This document shows, in pieces, positions 22,620-33,636 of a stretch of DNA of 64,000 nt. The first letter of the stretch is position 1, and each line of letters begins with the position of its first letter. A program made the position numbers and the translations under genes. The notes under the pieces were generated by a model. That model did no database searches, was not told the DNA's origin, and worked only from the letters and a program-made list of their open reading frames with translations. Where the stretch lies: assembly GCA_963765765.1 (NCBI GenBank), contig CAVXYC010000032.1, positions 267,882 to 331,881 on the forward strand, in the 5' to 3' direction. This DNA comes from an uncultured Chloroflexia bacterium. Its GTDB lineage: Bacteria; Chloroflexota; UBA6077; JACCZL01.

Positions 22620-22934
22620 ATGAGACGAACGCTTGGAACACTGACCATCGCCGGCACGCTGCTCGTGGCCAGCGCGATTGCGCCCGCGGCCGGCCCCGTC
22701 GCCGCCCAGACGATCCCGCCGCCGCCGCCAGAAGCCCGGGAGTATTGTGAGCGGACCGGTAACGTCTTCGGCGCGTTCGAGTCGCTCAACGAGTGCGTAA
22801 GCGCCGTGGTCACGTTGTACAACCAAGGCTTTTCCGAGGGCGTCGGTACGTGTAAGTTCCTCCGGTCGCAGCTCGACCTGACCAAGGAGCAATACGGCCG
22901 CTGTGTCCGCAAGGAGCAAGCGGGCCAGATCTAA
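22620..22934 (+). CDS. Small secreted Cys-containing hypothetical protein
   Basis: Signal peptide MRRTLGTLTIAGTLLVASA..AAQ; four Cys; followed by a hairpin. Confidence 0.6.
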   Translation: MRRTLGTLTIAGTLLVASAIAPAAGPVAAQTIPPPPPEAREYCERTGNVFGAFESLNECVSAVVTLYNQGFSEGVGTCKFLRSQLDLTKEQYGRCVRKEQAGQI

Positions 22935-23158
22935 CCGCGCTACTGCACCGGGCAGGCCGGGCCCGCGGCGTCTGCGCCCGACAGAGTTCACAGAAATTGC
23001 GTATGTGCCGTGATTCCGAGTGGGCCGGCCGCGACCTCCGTAACTCCGCCGGACTACCCATACGGCCTCCGACGACGACCTCTGTCGGGGGCTCTTTCAT
23101 GCCCGGTGGTGAGATGCCGGGTTCTGCGCGACGATACGCGGCGGAACGGATGCTGGTT

Positions 23159-23216
23159 CCCCGGCCCGTCACCGCGCGAGCCCTCGTTTGCTAACCCTAC
23201 CGGGGGCTTCGCTCTG
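23159..23216 (+). repeat. About 58-bp hairpin-containing repeat, copy 1
   Basis: ccccggcccgtcaccgcgcgagccctcgtttgctaaccctaccgggggcttcgctctg matches 25088-25147. Confidence 0.75.
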
Positions 23217-23383
23217 TCCCAACCCAAGCCTGAAGGTCTCCGGGACCGGTGATCCTCAGCCGAGCCCGCACATGCCCAGAATCGCGTCCACGTGCGTCTG
23301 CTGATAGGTGGATTTCTGCTCCGGTCTCTTGACCGTCGTATACTACGGCACCGGCGGGTGGACGCCCCGATGGAGGTACGAGT

Positions 23384-23671
23384 ATGGCGTACGGAATCGT
23401 GCATCACTTCCCTGGCGGGACGAAGGACCAGTACGAGGCGACACTCGCGGCAGTGCACCCCGGCCGGGACCGCCTCCCCGAGGGTCAGATCTTCCACGCG
23501 GCGGGCGCGTCGGCGGGCGGCTGGACGATCGTTGCCATCCACGAGTCGAAGGAGAGCTGGGAGCGGTTCCGCGACAGCACCCTGATGCCCCGTCTCCAAC
23601 AGGGCGTCAGCGGCGGCTTTTCCGGGCCACCCCAGGAGACCGCCTTCGAGGTCCACAACCAGCAGCCGTAA
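23384..23671 (+). CDS. Small ferredoxin-like (ABM-like) hypothetical protein
   Basis: MAYGIVHHFPGGTKDQYEA..FHAAG..WTIVAIHESKESWERF; GGAGG RBS. Confidence 0.75.
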   Translation: MAYGIVHHFPGGTKDQYEATLAAVHPGRDRLPEGQIFHAAGASAGGWTIVAIHESKESWERFRDSTLMPRLQQGVSGGFSGPPQETAFEVHNQQP

Positions 23672-24122
23672 TCGCCTGCCTCGGGCCAGAGGCATGCTCA
23701 TCATGCCGTGAGCGGCAATTTCATTATGTTGTCGTGCTTCGAAAGCGTGCTGTAGCTGCTGTGAACTCTGCTTCATCGATGGATGCGACCGGCCAAAGAA
23801 GACTCGTGGTGGGTGCGCCGCACACTACGGCCGATGGCGGAGGCGAGGTTCGACCACCGATCCTCCGTCCCCGTACGCCCCAACATGCTCCGTTCAGGGA
23901 TGATGGAGCGAGGCTTCCTGGCGCCGAGGCTCGGTCGATTCCTCACTCGTTGAAAAGAGTGAGGAGGATGTTGCTTCCTCGACGCCGCTCGGGCCTTTGT
24001 TGAGTCGTTCTCGCTCGCTGTCGAGCCTGTTACAGCGCCACTCAATGCCTCGGTTTCCTAGTGGAACGGCTCGGGCAGCTCAATGCTTTCACCCCCCATT
24101 TTCCCCTCTGAGTTAGGTCGCT

Positions 24123-24980
24123 ATGCCCCTTGCGTTCTCACCCGATATCCTGCTGCCCTCCGCCGAATTGAAACCCGTGCCGGTATCGCCACGCGCGTGG
24201 GAAGAGCTGGCCATCTCCGATGCGGGCAAACAGTTTGTGGACCACAAGATTGTCCTGCCTCTCCAGCGATCCGAGCTCGCAGGCAAGCATGGTCTTGCCC
24301 CGCCTCGGGCTGTTTTACTTTTCGGACCGCCCGGCACGGGCAAGAGTCAGCTCCCGCGGGCGATCGCATCCCGCTTAGGATGGAGTTTGATCGAGGCGGA
24401 TTTGAGCACAGTCGTACAGGATCCGGTTCGGCTGGCTGATCTCTTTCGTGAATCCTTTCAACGCGAGGGTGTGGTGGTGTTTTTTGATGAGTTCGAACAC
24501 CTCGGCTTACGTCGGGCGCCCGAACGGACAGACACGCGAGTCCTCACCAACGAGTTCCTGAAATCCGTGGACGCGCTCAGGGCCGATGGTCAGCTCCTCC
24601 TCGTCTGCGCAACGAATCATGTCGCGTTGCTCGATCCGGCCCTTCTCCGGCAGGGGCGGTTTGATTTCATCGTCCCGGTAGGTCCCCCGGACGGAGCGAC
24701 TCGACAGCAACTTCTCCAAAGTCGCGTCCGCCGCAGCGATGGTGCACGGGTCGACGTGGATCGAGTCGCGGCAGCGACCGATGGACTGACTGCGGCGGAT
24801 ATTACGGAGCTCTGGCAGCGTGCTGCCCAGCAGGCATTTGAGCGGGAGTTGTTTACTGGCCGTCCAACGCGCGTCGGGACCGATGATCTGCTTGTCTCCA
24901 GCGAAAACCTTCGACCGACGCTGAGTGACGAGGATCGCGCGGCATTCGAGCGTGACGTTCGAGCGTTTGCCCGGCTGTAG
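24123..24980 (+). CDS. Stand-alone AAA+ ATPase
   Basis: Walker A GPPGTGKS, Walker B FFDEFE, SRH ATNH..LDPALLRQGRFD. Confidence 0.9.
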   Translation: MPLAFSPDILLPSAELKPVPVSPRAWEELAISDAGKQFVDHKIVLPLQRSELAGKHGLAPPRAVLLFGPPGTGKSQLPRAIASRLGWSLIEADLSTVVQDPVRLADLFRESFQREGVVVFFDEFEHLGLRRAPERTDTRVLTNEFLKSVDALRADGQLLLVCATNHVALLDPALLRQGRFDFIVPVGPPDGATRQQLLQSRVRRSDGARVDVDRVAAATDGLTAADITELWQRAAQQAFERELFTGRPTRVGTDDLLVSSENLRPTLSDEDRAAFERDVRAFARL

Positions 24981-25087
24981 ATTCTCGAGCATTCATTCAT
25001 TGCTGCTACATCTTTCGGGGGCTCTTCAATGCCTATTGACGGGTGCCGGTTTCCGTGCGACGATGCGCACGGACCGAGGTCTACAGG

Positions 25088-25147
25088 CCCCGGTCCATCA
25101 CCCCGCGAAGCCCTCGGCCGTGCTAACCCACCGGGGGCTTCGCTCTG
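25088..25147 (+). repeat. About 60-bp hairpin-containing repeat, copy 2
   Basis: ccccggtccatcaccccgcgaagccctcggccgtgctaacccaccgggggcttcgctctg. Confidence 0.75.
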
Positions 25148-25611
25148 GGAATCGCAGGTGCTGTACCACGTCCGCTCGGGCGCGGGCTGTAGTGCCGCTG
25201 TGGGCGTCTCCGAGCGGATCACGCCGAGGCGACCGGCAGAATCGCTGGCATGCGGTTGTGGATGGCTTCATGAGCTCGTTGGGCTGGGCGTAGCACTCCG
25301 CCACGAGCGGAAGATGTGCAATTCCACCGAGTCGCACGGCCTCGGAGCGGAGCTATCCTGTCGGACACTCCTTCCGAGCGGTGCTTTTCGGATGGAGCGC
25401 TGAGCAAACCAGGGGATACGGAACGCACGGATCACTTGAGTCGCTCAGCCCACACGTGCCGATGCTCCGGGGAAAGAGAGATACCCGGAGCATCGCAATC
25501 CAACCCGCCACGCGAGAAGCGGCCTAGGGGGCGCCCCTAATGGCCCTGGAGTAGCTTTCTGAGCACGCCGCGCATCTCGTTTGCATCCCTGATGCGGACC
25601 CACAAGGGGCC

Positions 25612-25648
25612 AGCGCAGAGGAGCGCCTAGCTCTCGCTCCTCTGCGCT
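25612..25648. other. Perfect 14-bp stem-loop in non-coding DNA
   Basis: agcgcagaggagcg-cctagctct-cgctcctctgcgct. Confidence 0.7.
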
Positions 25649-25957
25649 ACCTGTCTGAAGGCAGTCCGGACGTCCCTTGCCATAGCGAAATAGGGCACAA
25701 TCGCTCAGATTTTACGCTACAGCGCTCTGGTGAGGAATGGCGACATAGGCTAGTTGGCCTTTACAGACCGAGGCGAGAGGCCTATTATGGGCGACCGGCA
25801 CGAGGACTGCCGATACTTTGATGGGTAGAGCGGTTCTTATCGTTCATTGAAAGTTGACAGAATAACTTGCTCAGAACGTAGCGCCGTGGCGTATGGCGGG
25901 CGCACCATGCCGATGACATCAGCGCCGCCGAGGTCCACTAGCTCCAGTGCCTGGATC

Positions 25958-26290
25958 TCACGCGACTGCGGCGCCTGGTGGACCTGAGCGAGAACGGCGT
26001 TCTGAGCTGGACACCGGCTGAGCGGCGGCTCCTGGGGCACGTGCCAATGGCGTAGGTACATTCTCCAACAGTCGCTCGGCCACGTACCGGTGCGGCAGGT
26101 GCAACGCCGCGGCGATGCGGGCGATCCGAATCGCATTGAGCGCCGAGCGCTCGGTCTCCCAGAGGTACCACGCCTGTATCGCGATGCCGAGATCCTAAGC
26201 GATATCCTCCACCGTCCGCTCGCTCTCGATTCGCAAGCTCTTCAGTTGGGCACCCATCTGCTGTGAACGCGGCGTGATCATCCTCAGCAT
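25958..26290 (-). pseudogene. XRE-family HTH regulator with an in-frame TAG
   Basis: MGAQLKSLRIESERTVEDIA*DLGIAIQAWYLWETERSALNAIRIARIAAAL; stop at 26195-26197; GGAGG RBS. Confidence 0.75.
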
Positions 26291-26810
26291 CCGCCCTCCC
26301 TGGACTTGACCGGAATGGCGGGGCGACCTATCGTGGGTTCCCATACCGCCGCTGCCCTTCCGTCGTCCGACACGCCACGAACTGCAATACTTGTACCTGG
26401 CCCGACTGCGGCGTCTGGTAGAGCTGCGGCGCTCCTGGGATCCGTCCTGGACGCTGGCCGACTGGCGCCTGGTCAGGCACGCAGTCAACCCAACAGTCCA
26501 GGATTGGGAGCGGGCCGGCCTGTGCACTGTGGCGGCCACCCTGCACCGAGTGTGAGATGCGACGGAGGCGATTCTGTCTTTATCCGGGGCCACTTGTGCT
26601 CGCAGCACCGCTCGCGGTTCTCGGCCGTGTCCCGGATCACCCGACCGTAGCGGCCACCAGCCGTTGTGACGCTCCCGTGATCCCCACCCGCTGGACCGTG
26701 GGGTACGACTGTAGGACACTCCGACTATCTCCCCGGTGATGCCATCGGGGGGTTGCGGGTACGGCCGGTACGGGCAGCTCCGGGTGCGCGAGACGGCCTG
26801 CACGAGCGTT

Positions 26811-26849
26811 GACGAGCCCCGGAGATTCGAAGCATCTCCGGGGCTCGTC
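26811..26849 (-). terminator. Terminator-like hairpin with a perfect 16-bp stem
   Basis: gacgagccccggagat-tcgaagc-atctccggggctcgtc, immediately downstream of ORF 26868-27143. Confidence 0.65.
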
Positions 26850-26867
26850 GATCATTCCGAGCTGCAC

Positions 26868-27143
26868 TCACGTCATGTCGTTCCACTTGAGGCGACCGGG
26901 GATGTAGTGCTCCGCCACTTCGGGCGCCCAGTCGCACTCGCAGCGGTCAAGCGTTGCGTCCGGTTCCTGCAACCAGAACCGGAACCCACGGGCACCCTGG
27001 TGCCGCGCCGGCCGGACGTGGTTGTGCACGAGGACCTGCCCATCCGTCACACCGCGGGGGATCTCCCGCGGATAGGTCAAACCGAAGAGATGCAGCGCCG
27101 TCTTCTCCGCGTCATCACCCATCATGCCTCCCATCCGCACCAT
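26868..27143 (-). CDS. Small hypothetical protein, phage/mobile-element-like, with HxH and CxC..H motifs
   Basis: VLVHNHVRP..GFRFWLQ..RCECDWAPEVAEHY; GGAGG before an internal ATG; hairpin follows. Confidence 0.6.
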   Translation of the reverse strand: MVRMGGMMGDDAEKTALHLFGLTYPREIPRGVTDGQVLVHNHVRPARHQGARGFRFWLQEPDATLDRCECDWAPEVAEHYIPGRLKWNDMT

Positions 27144-27619
27144 ACTCTTACCAGATGTCTGAGCAACAGGACGGCAGGCTGGATACCTGAAACGACGCGC
27201 GTGCGCCGAAGTTCAGACGCAGTTCGGACAGATCGCGCGCGCGTAGATCGGCCGATTCAACCAGACTACACGCGTGCGCGTAAGTTCGCACATTGTTCGC
27301 GGTCCGGGGGCGCTACACGAGTTCCTGGAACACCTCGTCCGGCCCGATCCCCGTCACTCGCTCCAGAACCGCCACCAGGGCCGCTGCTGAGCGCGCGCCA
27401 GCTGCTCGCGGAGCTTCTCAATCTGAATCTGTAAGGTGTCTCGCTCCACGCGGAGCTCCCCGATGAGGTCGTCTCGTGCGTCCAGCAACTCGTCTTTCGC
27501 CGCGAGGAGCTGACGATGATGCTCACGGAGCCGTTCGAGTTCCCGCTCGTGAGCATCGGCCTGGTGGTGGAGGAGAACGAGTACCGTGTTGGGCTCTGTT
27601 TGGGGTGTACCCCGTTCTG

Positions 27620-28060
27620 TCAGGCGTTCAGACGGGGGACAACCGTCGTCATCACCGCCACGGTCCGCCCCGGTTCAGGAGCTGGCCGCCTAGCCGCCCA
27701 GAACAACAGAAGGGGCACCGCAAAGGCCAGATTTGGGATGCCGGTGTACCTGGAGACCCCAATAGCCACGGCGCCTCCAGAGAAAATCAGCCCCAGCCAT
27801 ATCACCGTTTCAACAGCAATACCTGCCCATCTTCTCCACCTTCGGTCTCCTGGCCTACTTACCCGCCCCGTCACCCAAATCTTCCCCGGCCAGAGACGAT
27901 TAAAGATGGCAAGCTGGGCAATCCACACGAACGGCTGCAACATCATCATCAGCATCAACGCGTCCAGGGATTGCAGCATGATGATCCCTGGAATCAGCGT
28001 GACCGCCAGGGCGACACCGATCCTAACGAGGTTCGCTACCCTCAGGTGTCTAGACATCAA
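27620..28060 (-). CDS. Hypothetical membrane protein
   Basis: Four hydrophobic segments. Confidence 0.5.
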   Translation of the reverse strand: MMSRHLRVANLVRIGVALAVTLIPGIIMLQSLDALMLMMMLQPFVWIAQLAIFNRLWPGKIWVTGRVSRPGDRRWRRWAGIAVETVIWLGLIFSGGAVAIGVSRYTGIPNLAFAVPLLLFWAARRPAPEPGRTVAVMTTVVPRLNA

Positions 28061-28355
28061 CCGCCATCACCCCCCTCACCAAGGCGCGATGAAACACTGT
28101 CATCCGCACCTGCTCAACCCACCCCATCCAGCGATGGCGTCGCGGGATGCTGTAACGAGCGAACGGATGCAGACGCGTCCGCGCGCATCGTTTCATGTCC
28201 CCGCGAGTCGGTTCCTGTAGCCCATTCTCAGAAGGCTTCGTTTCGATAATCCGCACAGCTGACTGTCAAGGTGGTTCCGTACCGGGGGCCAGGCGGATCG
28301 AGACGACGATGGGCAATCCGAATCAGAGTTATTGCGGTCCGTTTGTGGAGTCGAA

Positions 28356-28571
28356 CTACCCGTGCCGCCGCCGTTCGACAACTCTGGTGAGCGAGGTGAC
28401 CAACCCGTCTAGTTCGAGCGGCTTCCGCACCACCGCGGCTGCCCCCACCGTTGAAGCCGCTCGGTGGTGCTGGGCATCGCGTGCGGTGAGGACGATTGGA
28501 ATCGCCGATGTACGCGTGACCTCCGCTACCAGGCCACGACCATCCATAGGCTCCCCCATTCTAGGAACCAC
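28356..28571 (-). pseudogene. Response regulator receiver, C-terminal fragment
   Basis: PMDG..IPIVLTA..GAAAVVRKPLELDGL. Confidence 0.6.
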
Positions 28572-29453
28572 ATCATCCGATAATCCGCCTTCCCAGACAA
28601 CCGCGCGCCCCGTTTAATCTCACTTCCCCAGTTTTACCGTCCAGATAATTGCCCGTTGACAGGGTTATAGGACTATGTTTTGCTGGTCCTGCTGTCGTTG
28701 AACATCCGTTGGAGGGATGTCATCCCGAATGCACCAGCCACGGATTGAGGCAGCACCCTATGACGACATCACCCATATCATCGCGAGCCCGACCCGGGAA
28801 GAGGCCCTAGAGCGCTTCCACCAGGAGCTCGTCGCGCACAACCGCAGTCCGGGGTGGGGCTGCTGCGATCCCGAGCGATAACCCCGCGGAGTGCATGCGT
28901 TCAACTGCCAGACGCCTCACCCCTCACGCCGCTCGGAGGGAAAACGTGAAGCTGAAGGGGAGTGACCCGCTCCGCGCCTCATTGCTATTGCTGGCGTAAT
29001 AGTCATCCCGATGCATATTGCCCGGTAAATGAAAAACGTGCCTCGAGTCTCCCGTTCCAAGTGACAGTGGCGTTCTAACAACGGCGACTCCTGCAGGCAG
29101 AGCGGCACAGCAGGCAAGCGAGCGTCTGGATTGTCGGTCAAAATCACCCTCGTCCTCGCCCTTTGCTCCCGATCAACTCGTCGCTGCCGACAATGTCGAG
29201 TTGCGCCGACCTGGACGGTCTGGCTCGTGAACGATTCGACAGTCCGCAATCGCCAACCGTCCGCTGAGCCGACTGTAGCGTTGCTGCGCACCCAGCGTGG
29301 CATCGTCCAACCAGGAGTCGTGCCTGTACGCTTACCATTGAGCATGCACCTGAGGACAACATGTGTACCTGAGTGATCCGGTTGAGGCACTGAGAAACGT
29401 CATATCAGTCCGATTGGCGCACTCCAATCCGACAGCGTGGCGATTGTCACGGC

Positions 29454-30950
29454 ATGCCTGACCTCACACCTAGCGACGTGCTCCTCACCGGGGCGGCGGG
29501 TTTCGTCGGGAGCCGGCTTTGGCCCGCACTGAATGCCGCCGGACTGCGAGTGCGCTGTGTGAGTCGGGACGCCGATCGTGCGAGCCAGCGCTGGCCAGAT
29601 CGGCAGTGGGTGCAGGCTGACCTGGCGGAGCCTGGCGACCTGAGGCGCGCGCTCGACGGCTGCCGCGTCGCGTACTACCTCGTCCATGGGCTGGCCGAAC
29701 AGCAGCGTGACTTCCGATCTCGCGAGGTCGCGCTCGCTCAAGCGTTTTCCGACGCGGCCGCCCGTGCGGGACTTGAGCGAGTTATCTACCTTGGCGGCGT
29801 GGCCCCCCAGGGGCCACCGTCCGAGCACCTGCGCAGCCGGCTAGAGGTCGGCGAAGCGCTCCGTGCTGGGATCGTGCCAACCATCGAGTTGCGCGCCGGG
29901 ATGATCGTCGGTGCAGGTAGCACCTCGTGGCTCATCGTCCGGGATTTAGCCGCGCGCTTGCCCGCGATGGTCCTGCCACGCTGGATGCAGACGCGCTCGC
30001 AGCCAGTCGCGGTCGACGATGTAGTCGTGGCTCTGGTGGAAGCTGGCCGCGTGCCACTGCAAGCGAGTGCCTGGTACGACCTCCCGGGACCCGAGGTAGT
30101 CACTGGCCGGGAGATCCTTGAGCGGACGGCTGAGGCCCTGGGGCTGCGCCGGCCGTTCATTCTCGCTGTGCCACTCCTGAGTCCGTCGTTGTCCTCCCAT
30201 TGGGTTCGGCTGGTTACCCGTGCCAACTGGTCGGTCGCACGGGAGCTGGTGTCGGGCCTCGCCTACGACTTGGTCGCGCAGGACGCACGCTACTGGGATC
30301 TCATCGGTCACGAGCAACTCTTGTCGTTCGGCGAGGCCGCCCGGCGGGCTCTCACCGAGGACCGGGCAGAGCGCCCGATGAACGGTTTCGAGCGGGCAGT
30401 CGAGTGTGCCGTCGGTCGTCTCGGGAACGCTGACCTCGGGAAACAAGGATCTTGGTTGACTACCAATGGTGTCCACTCGGTCCAGGGGTCGAGTTGCCGC
30501 TGGATCTCGACGTCATTCGAGCACTGGGGGCAGCCTGCGATGCTGCGCCGGTTGCTGGACGCTTACTTTCGGCTCGCGGAACGGAGCAGTGGCGGATTGA
30601 TGCGGACACGATGGGCGCCCGACGGGCACACCGTCGCCCTTCGGGGGCTGGGGCTGCCACTGATCGTCATGGGGCCACCAACGGTAGCATGCGATAGCGT
30701 GCGACGGTCCATCAGCGTGCCCGTAACGGGTGGATTAGTGGCCGCACCTGGAGGTTCGGCTTGGCTGGCAATCGTCCTGACCCGCCACGGCACGAACGTG
30801 CGGCTCAGCGTCGAGCTTAGCGGTTACCAACCACGGGGCGCACACATCTGGCTCGTTCCGTGGATCTACCGGCTGCAGGCCAGGCTTCATGACCGCGTGG
30901 GTCAGCGGTTCGTGCGACGCTGCGCGCGAGCCTGGGATAGTCCGTCGTGA
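29454..30950 (+). CDS. Atypical SDR / NAD(P)H-binding protein with a C-terminal extension (possibly two merged genes)
   Basis: LLTGAAGFVG, AYYLVHG, VIYLGG, SEHLRSRLEV, ELRAGMIVGAGS. Confidence 0.85.
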   Translation: MPDLTPSDVLLTGAAGFVGSRLWPALNAAGLRVRCVSRDADRASQRWPDRQWVQADLAEPGDLRRALDGCRVAYYLVHGLAEQQRDFRSREVALAQAFSDAAARAGLERVIYLGGVAPQGPPSEHLRSRLEVGEALRAGIVPTIELRAGMIVGAGSTSWLIVRDLAARLPAMVLPRWMQTRSQPVAVDDVVVALVEAGRVPLQASAWYDLPGPEVVTGREILERTAEALGLRRPFILAVPLLSPSLSSHWVRLVTRANWSVARELVSGLAYDLVAQDARYWDLIGHEQLLSFGEAARRALTEDRAERPMNGFERAVECAVGRLGNADLGKQGSWLTTNGVHSVQGSSCRWISTSFEHWGQPAMLRRLLDAYFRLAERSSGGLMRTRWAPDGHTVALRGLGLPLIVMGPPTVACDSVRRSISVPVTGGLVAAPGGSAWLAIVLTRHGTNVRLSVELSGYQPRGAHIWLVPWIYRLQARLHDRVGQRFVRRCARAWDSPS

Positions 30951-31099
30951 TTCATGCCCGCGCTCGACGACGCCGGCGGTGATAGCGGGACGGCGCGGGT
31001 CGTAAAGCAGCAAGCCGTTCACGGGCTTCCCCTCTGCCGATGCAAGTGCCCGTTAATTGAAAAGGGTTGTGTATGTCTCCCATTCGGGGTACCGTGGCG

Positions 31100-31380
31100 T
31101 TGGCCTAAGCCGCCTAGTCCCAGTGGACCTTGTATACCCGCTGTCGTCCGGGTAAGCTTTTGAGCTGCTTGCGCCCGGCATCACGAGTTCCACCCCCGGA
31201 CAGCGATCCCACGAGGGTGCGGAGCATCTCCAGACCAGAATCTGCCCACCCTCGGCCTTCTCAGCGATCCGCGCGGCAGTGATCACACTGGTTCCGTAGA
31301 AATCCTCTCCCTCACGGATCGCCTCGCCGGTGTGCAGGCCAATACGGACGCACAGGCCGTGCTCTGCGAGCTTACGATCG
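31100..31380 (-). pseudogene. Class III adenylate/guanylate cyclase, C-terminal fragment
   Basis: LCVRIGLHTGEAIREGEDFYGTSVITAARIAEKAEGGQILV; N-terminal half absent. Confidence 0.8.
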
Positions 31381-31889
31381 GCGGCAAGAGGCCAAATGGA
31401 TGTGTCTGAGTATGCCGAGCGTCTGAAGGATGAGAACGCCTTTCTCCGCGTCTCGTCGAGCGCCGGCACGCCGAAGTGCTCCGGCTCCATCAGACCCTGG
31501 CTGAGTCTCCGTACCCTACCGGCGGCCGGGAAGCGGGCCTCAGCAGCCACCACGGCGTCGCCGATAGCGAGTGCGGGGGATGGTTCGGTGTCCTGGTCGG
31601 GGTGGCCGTCTGGGTCGGGGTGCGTCGGTCACGGAAGTCGGAGCAGCGCCCCTCGTGGAGGGGCTGGTAGGACTGACCGGGGCCGCAGCCCCCCACGCCC
31701 CGGTGGGCGGTGAAAACCTTCGGGGGATTTTCCCGGAAGCGGTCAGGCATTCAAGAGCTCAGGAGCAGATGGAGCGGGCCATCCTCTTTACCGCTGCCGC
31801 CAGAGGATCACCCCGTCCCGCGCAGTCAGTCCCATGGTCAGCAGCCTGGCGATGGGCGGTCACACGGAACAAACGGACCCAAGAATTCG

Positions 31890-32159
31890 TCTCACACAGT
31901 GGAGGCACTGATGGAGACCATCCGGGTGCTCAATAACCGGCTCGAGACGGCGCAACGACACGCAGAGCCGTGGCAGAATGAACGATCGTGGTATCAGCGG
32001 GAGCTGGCCCACGCCGGCGCACTCCCGGCAGCGGTGCAGGAGGCCTTGGCGGAGCAGGGCACGTCCGTTGATGCGACCCCCGCACCGGGTGTGCGGAGTC
32101 CGCGGCAAGCACCGCGAGAGTCCCCGCGCCCCTGGTGGCGCCGCGTGCTGGGCCACTAG
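31890..32159 (+). pseudogene. C-terminal fragment of a coiled-coil protein ending RPWWRRVLG, a tail typical of plasmid/ICE HTH proteins
   Basis: VEALMETIRVLNNRLE..RELA..ALPA..RPWWRRVLGH; no HTH visible upstream. Confidence 0.45.
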
Positions 32160-32183
32160 GCGTCAACACCGGCACTCCACTAC

Positions 32184-32678
32184 GTGATGGCTGTCCTCGT
32201 CGTGCTTCTGGGCATGTGGGTCCTGGTCGCTTCAATGCGAGCGCACCGGGCTGAGCGGGAATGCGATGAGCTCCGGGCTCAGTTCCTGCGGTGGTGGGGC
32301 GAGTCCGTCAAGGCTGAAGAGAGGCGGACGCGGGAGCAGCATCGCGCCGACGCGGCCGAGGCCCGCGCAACGGCGCTGCGGCAGGCGATGCAGGAGGGCC
32401 GGGGGGCGTTGCGCAAGCTCCTCCGACATCATCGGGATAAGCATCACGCCGGTACGCAGCCCTACGACCAGGAGGTCGCGATGGGGCTCTGGCATATGGA
32501 GATGGCTCTTGCTGACGAAGGCCTTCCGCAGCAGCGGCACTCCAGCACGAGATACGAGCCTTCTCCCCCCTGCGTGCGACGGATGCACCTCGGAGGCTTT
32601 CAGACTCGGTGCGCCGAAGTCAGCAGCCTCGCACGCGTGCCTGCGCGACGGGCGCGGCGAGAACGTGCGACACGATGA
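32184..32678 (+). CDS. Hypothetical protein with an N-terminal TM helix and coiled coil (phage-like)
   Basis: MAVLVVLLGMWVLVA followed by an E/R/A-rich coil. Confidence 0.5.
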   Translation: MMAVLVVLLGMWVLVASMRAHRAERECDELRAQFLRWWGESVKAEERRTREQHRADAAEARATALRQAMQEGRGALRKLLRHHRDKHHAGTQPYDQEVAMGLWHMEMALADEGLPQQRHSSTRYEPSPPCVRRMHLGGFQTRCAEVSSLARVPARRARRERATR

Positions 32679-33328
32679 TCCTCCCCCGGCGTTGACTGGT
32701 CGGGGTTTTACCAGGAGTGACGATCCCTCTGACGCGTACTGTGCTCGCGAGCGAGCCGTTCAAAATACCGGGCGCCTTCGCGGAGTCGGTCGGGGTCGCC
32801 GGTGAGCTTCTCCAGGCGATTGAGCGGCGGCAATTTCGCGCTGGGTGGCGGCTCGGCTGGTCCCCAGCCGGAGCAGCGGGATCAGGGGATCTTCGAGTGC
32901 GAACAGTTCCGCGCCCAAGCCTGCAAGCTTCGATTTGACGCCGTCGCGTTGTGCCCGGAGGGACAGCCGTTTCGCGATGGCGCGGCAGTAGGCGACGAAA
33001 GGCAGGGGCTGCGCCGGCTGTTTGCGGGGTACGTGAAGAAAGGTCCACCGGCGTGGGTCTAAACGGTCTGGAGTGATCCAGCGTAGCCGGTAATCGGAGG
33101 ATCCGGACGTTCTCTCCCGAGGCGCCGACCACTCAGCGCTGCGAGGCCAAGTGCTCATTGCACCGCACCGCTGATCTCCAACTCCGAGAGCAGTCGGCGG
33201 AGACGACATCATTTCTCTAGCTGTCTTCGGGTTCGTTCATCAGTTGGTCAGCTAACCCAGCCCATCTTGGCGATCCGTCACGCCCGCGCCCGATCGCCGC
33301 GGACCGGCTCAGCGTTCGCACGAGCGGC

Positions 33329-33544
33329 CTAGGCCGTGTCTTGGTGGATCAATTCCAGCTCGTCAGCAGTCGCTCTGACCGCCTCCACGTCTTTCCATCG
33401 TTCCCCAATCTCATCATCGCCTACCAAGCGGTTCGAGATGACATATACGGACTCGCCTCCCGACGTATCGATACTCTCGATCACCCCGACGAGGTGCTTG
33501 GAGATAATTCTCACACTGGCGCCGATCTCGAATTCTTCAGTCAT
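33329..33544 (-). CDS. Small SH3/KOW-like hypothetical protein
   Basis: FEIGASVRII..GVIESI..VYVI..ADELELI. Confidence 0.6.
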   Translation of the reverse strand: MTEEFEIGASVRIISKHLVGVIESIDTSGGESVYVISNRLVGDDEIGERWKDVEAVRATADELELIHQDTA

Positions 33545-33611
33545 GCTTCAACCCCATCTCGCCGGTGGTGCTGTGCCCACAGCCGCTGCAGCACCTTCTG
33601 AGAATAGCACG

Positions 33612-33636
33612 AAGCCCCCGAAATCTCCGGGGGCTT
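33612..33636. terminator. Terminator-like hairpin
   Basis: aagcccccg-aaatctc-cgggggctt. Confidence 0.55.
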
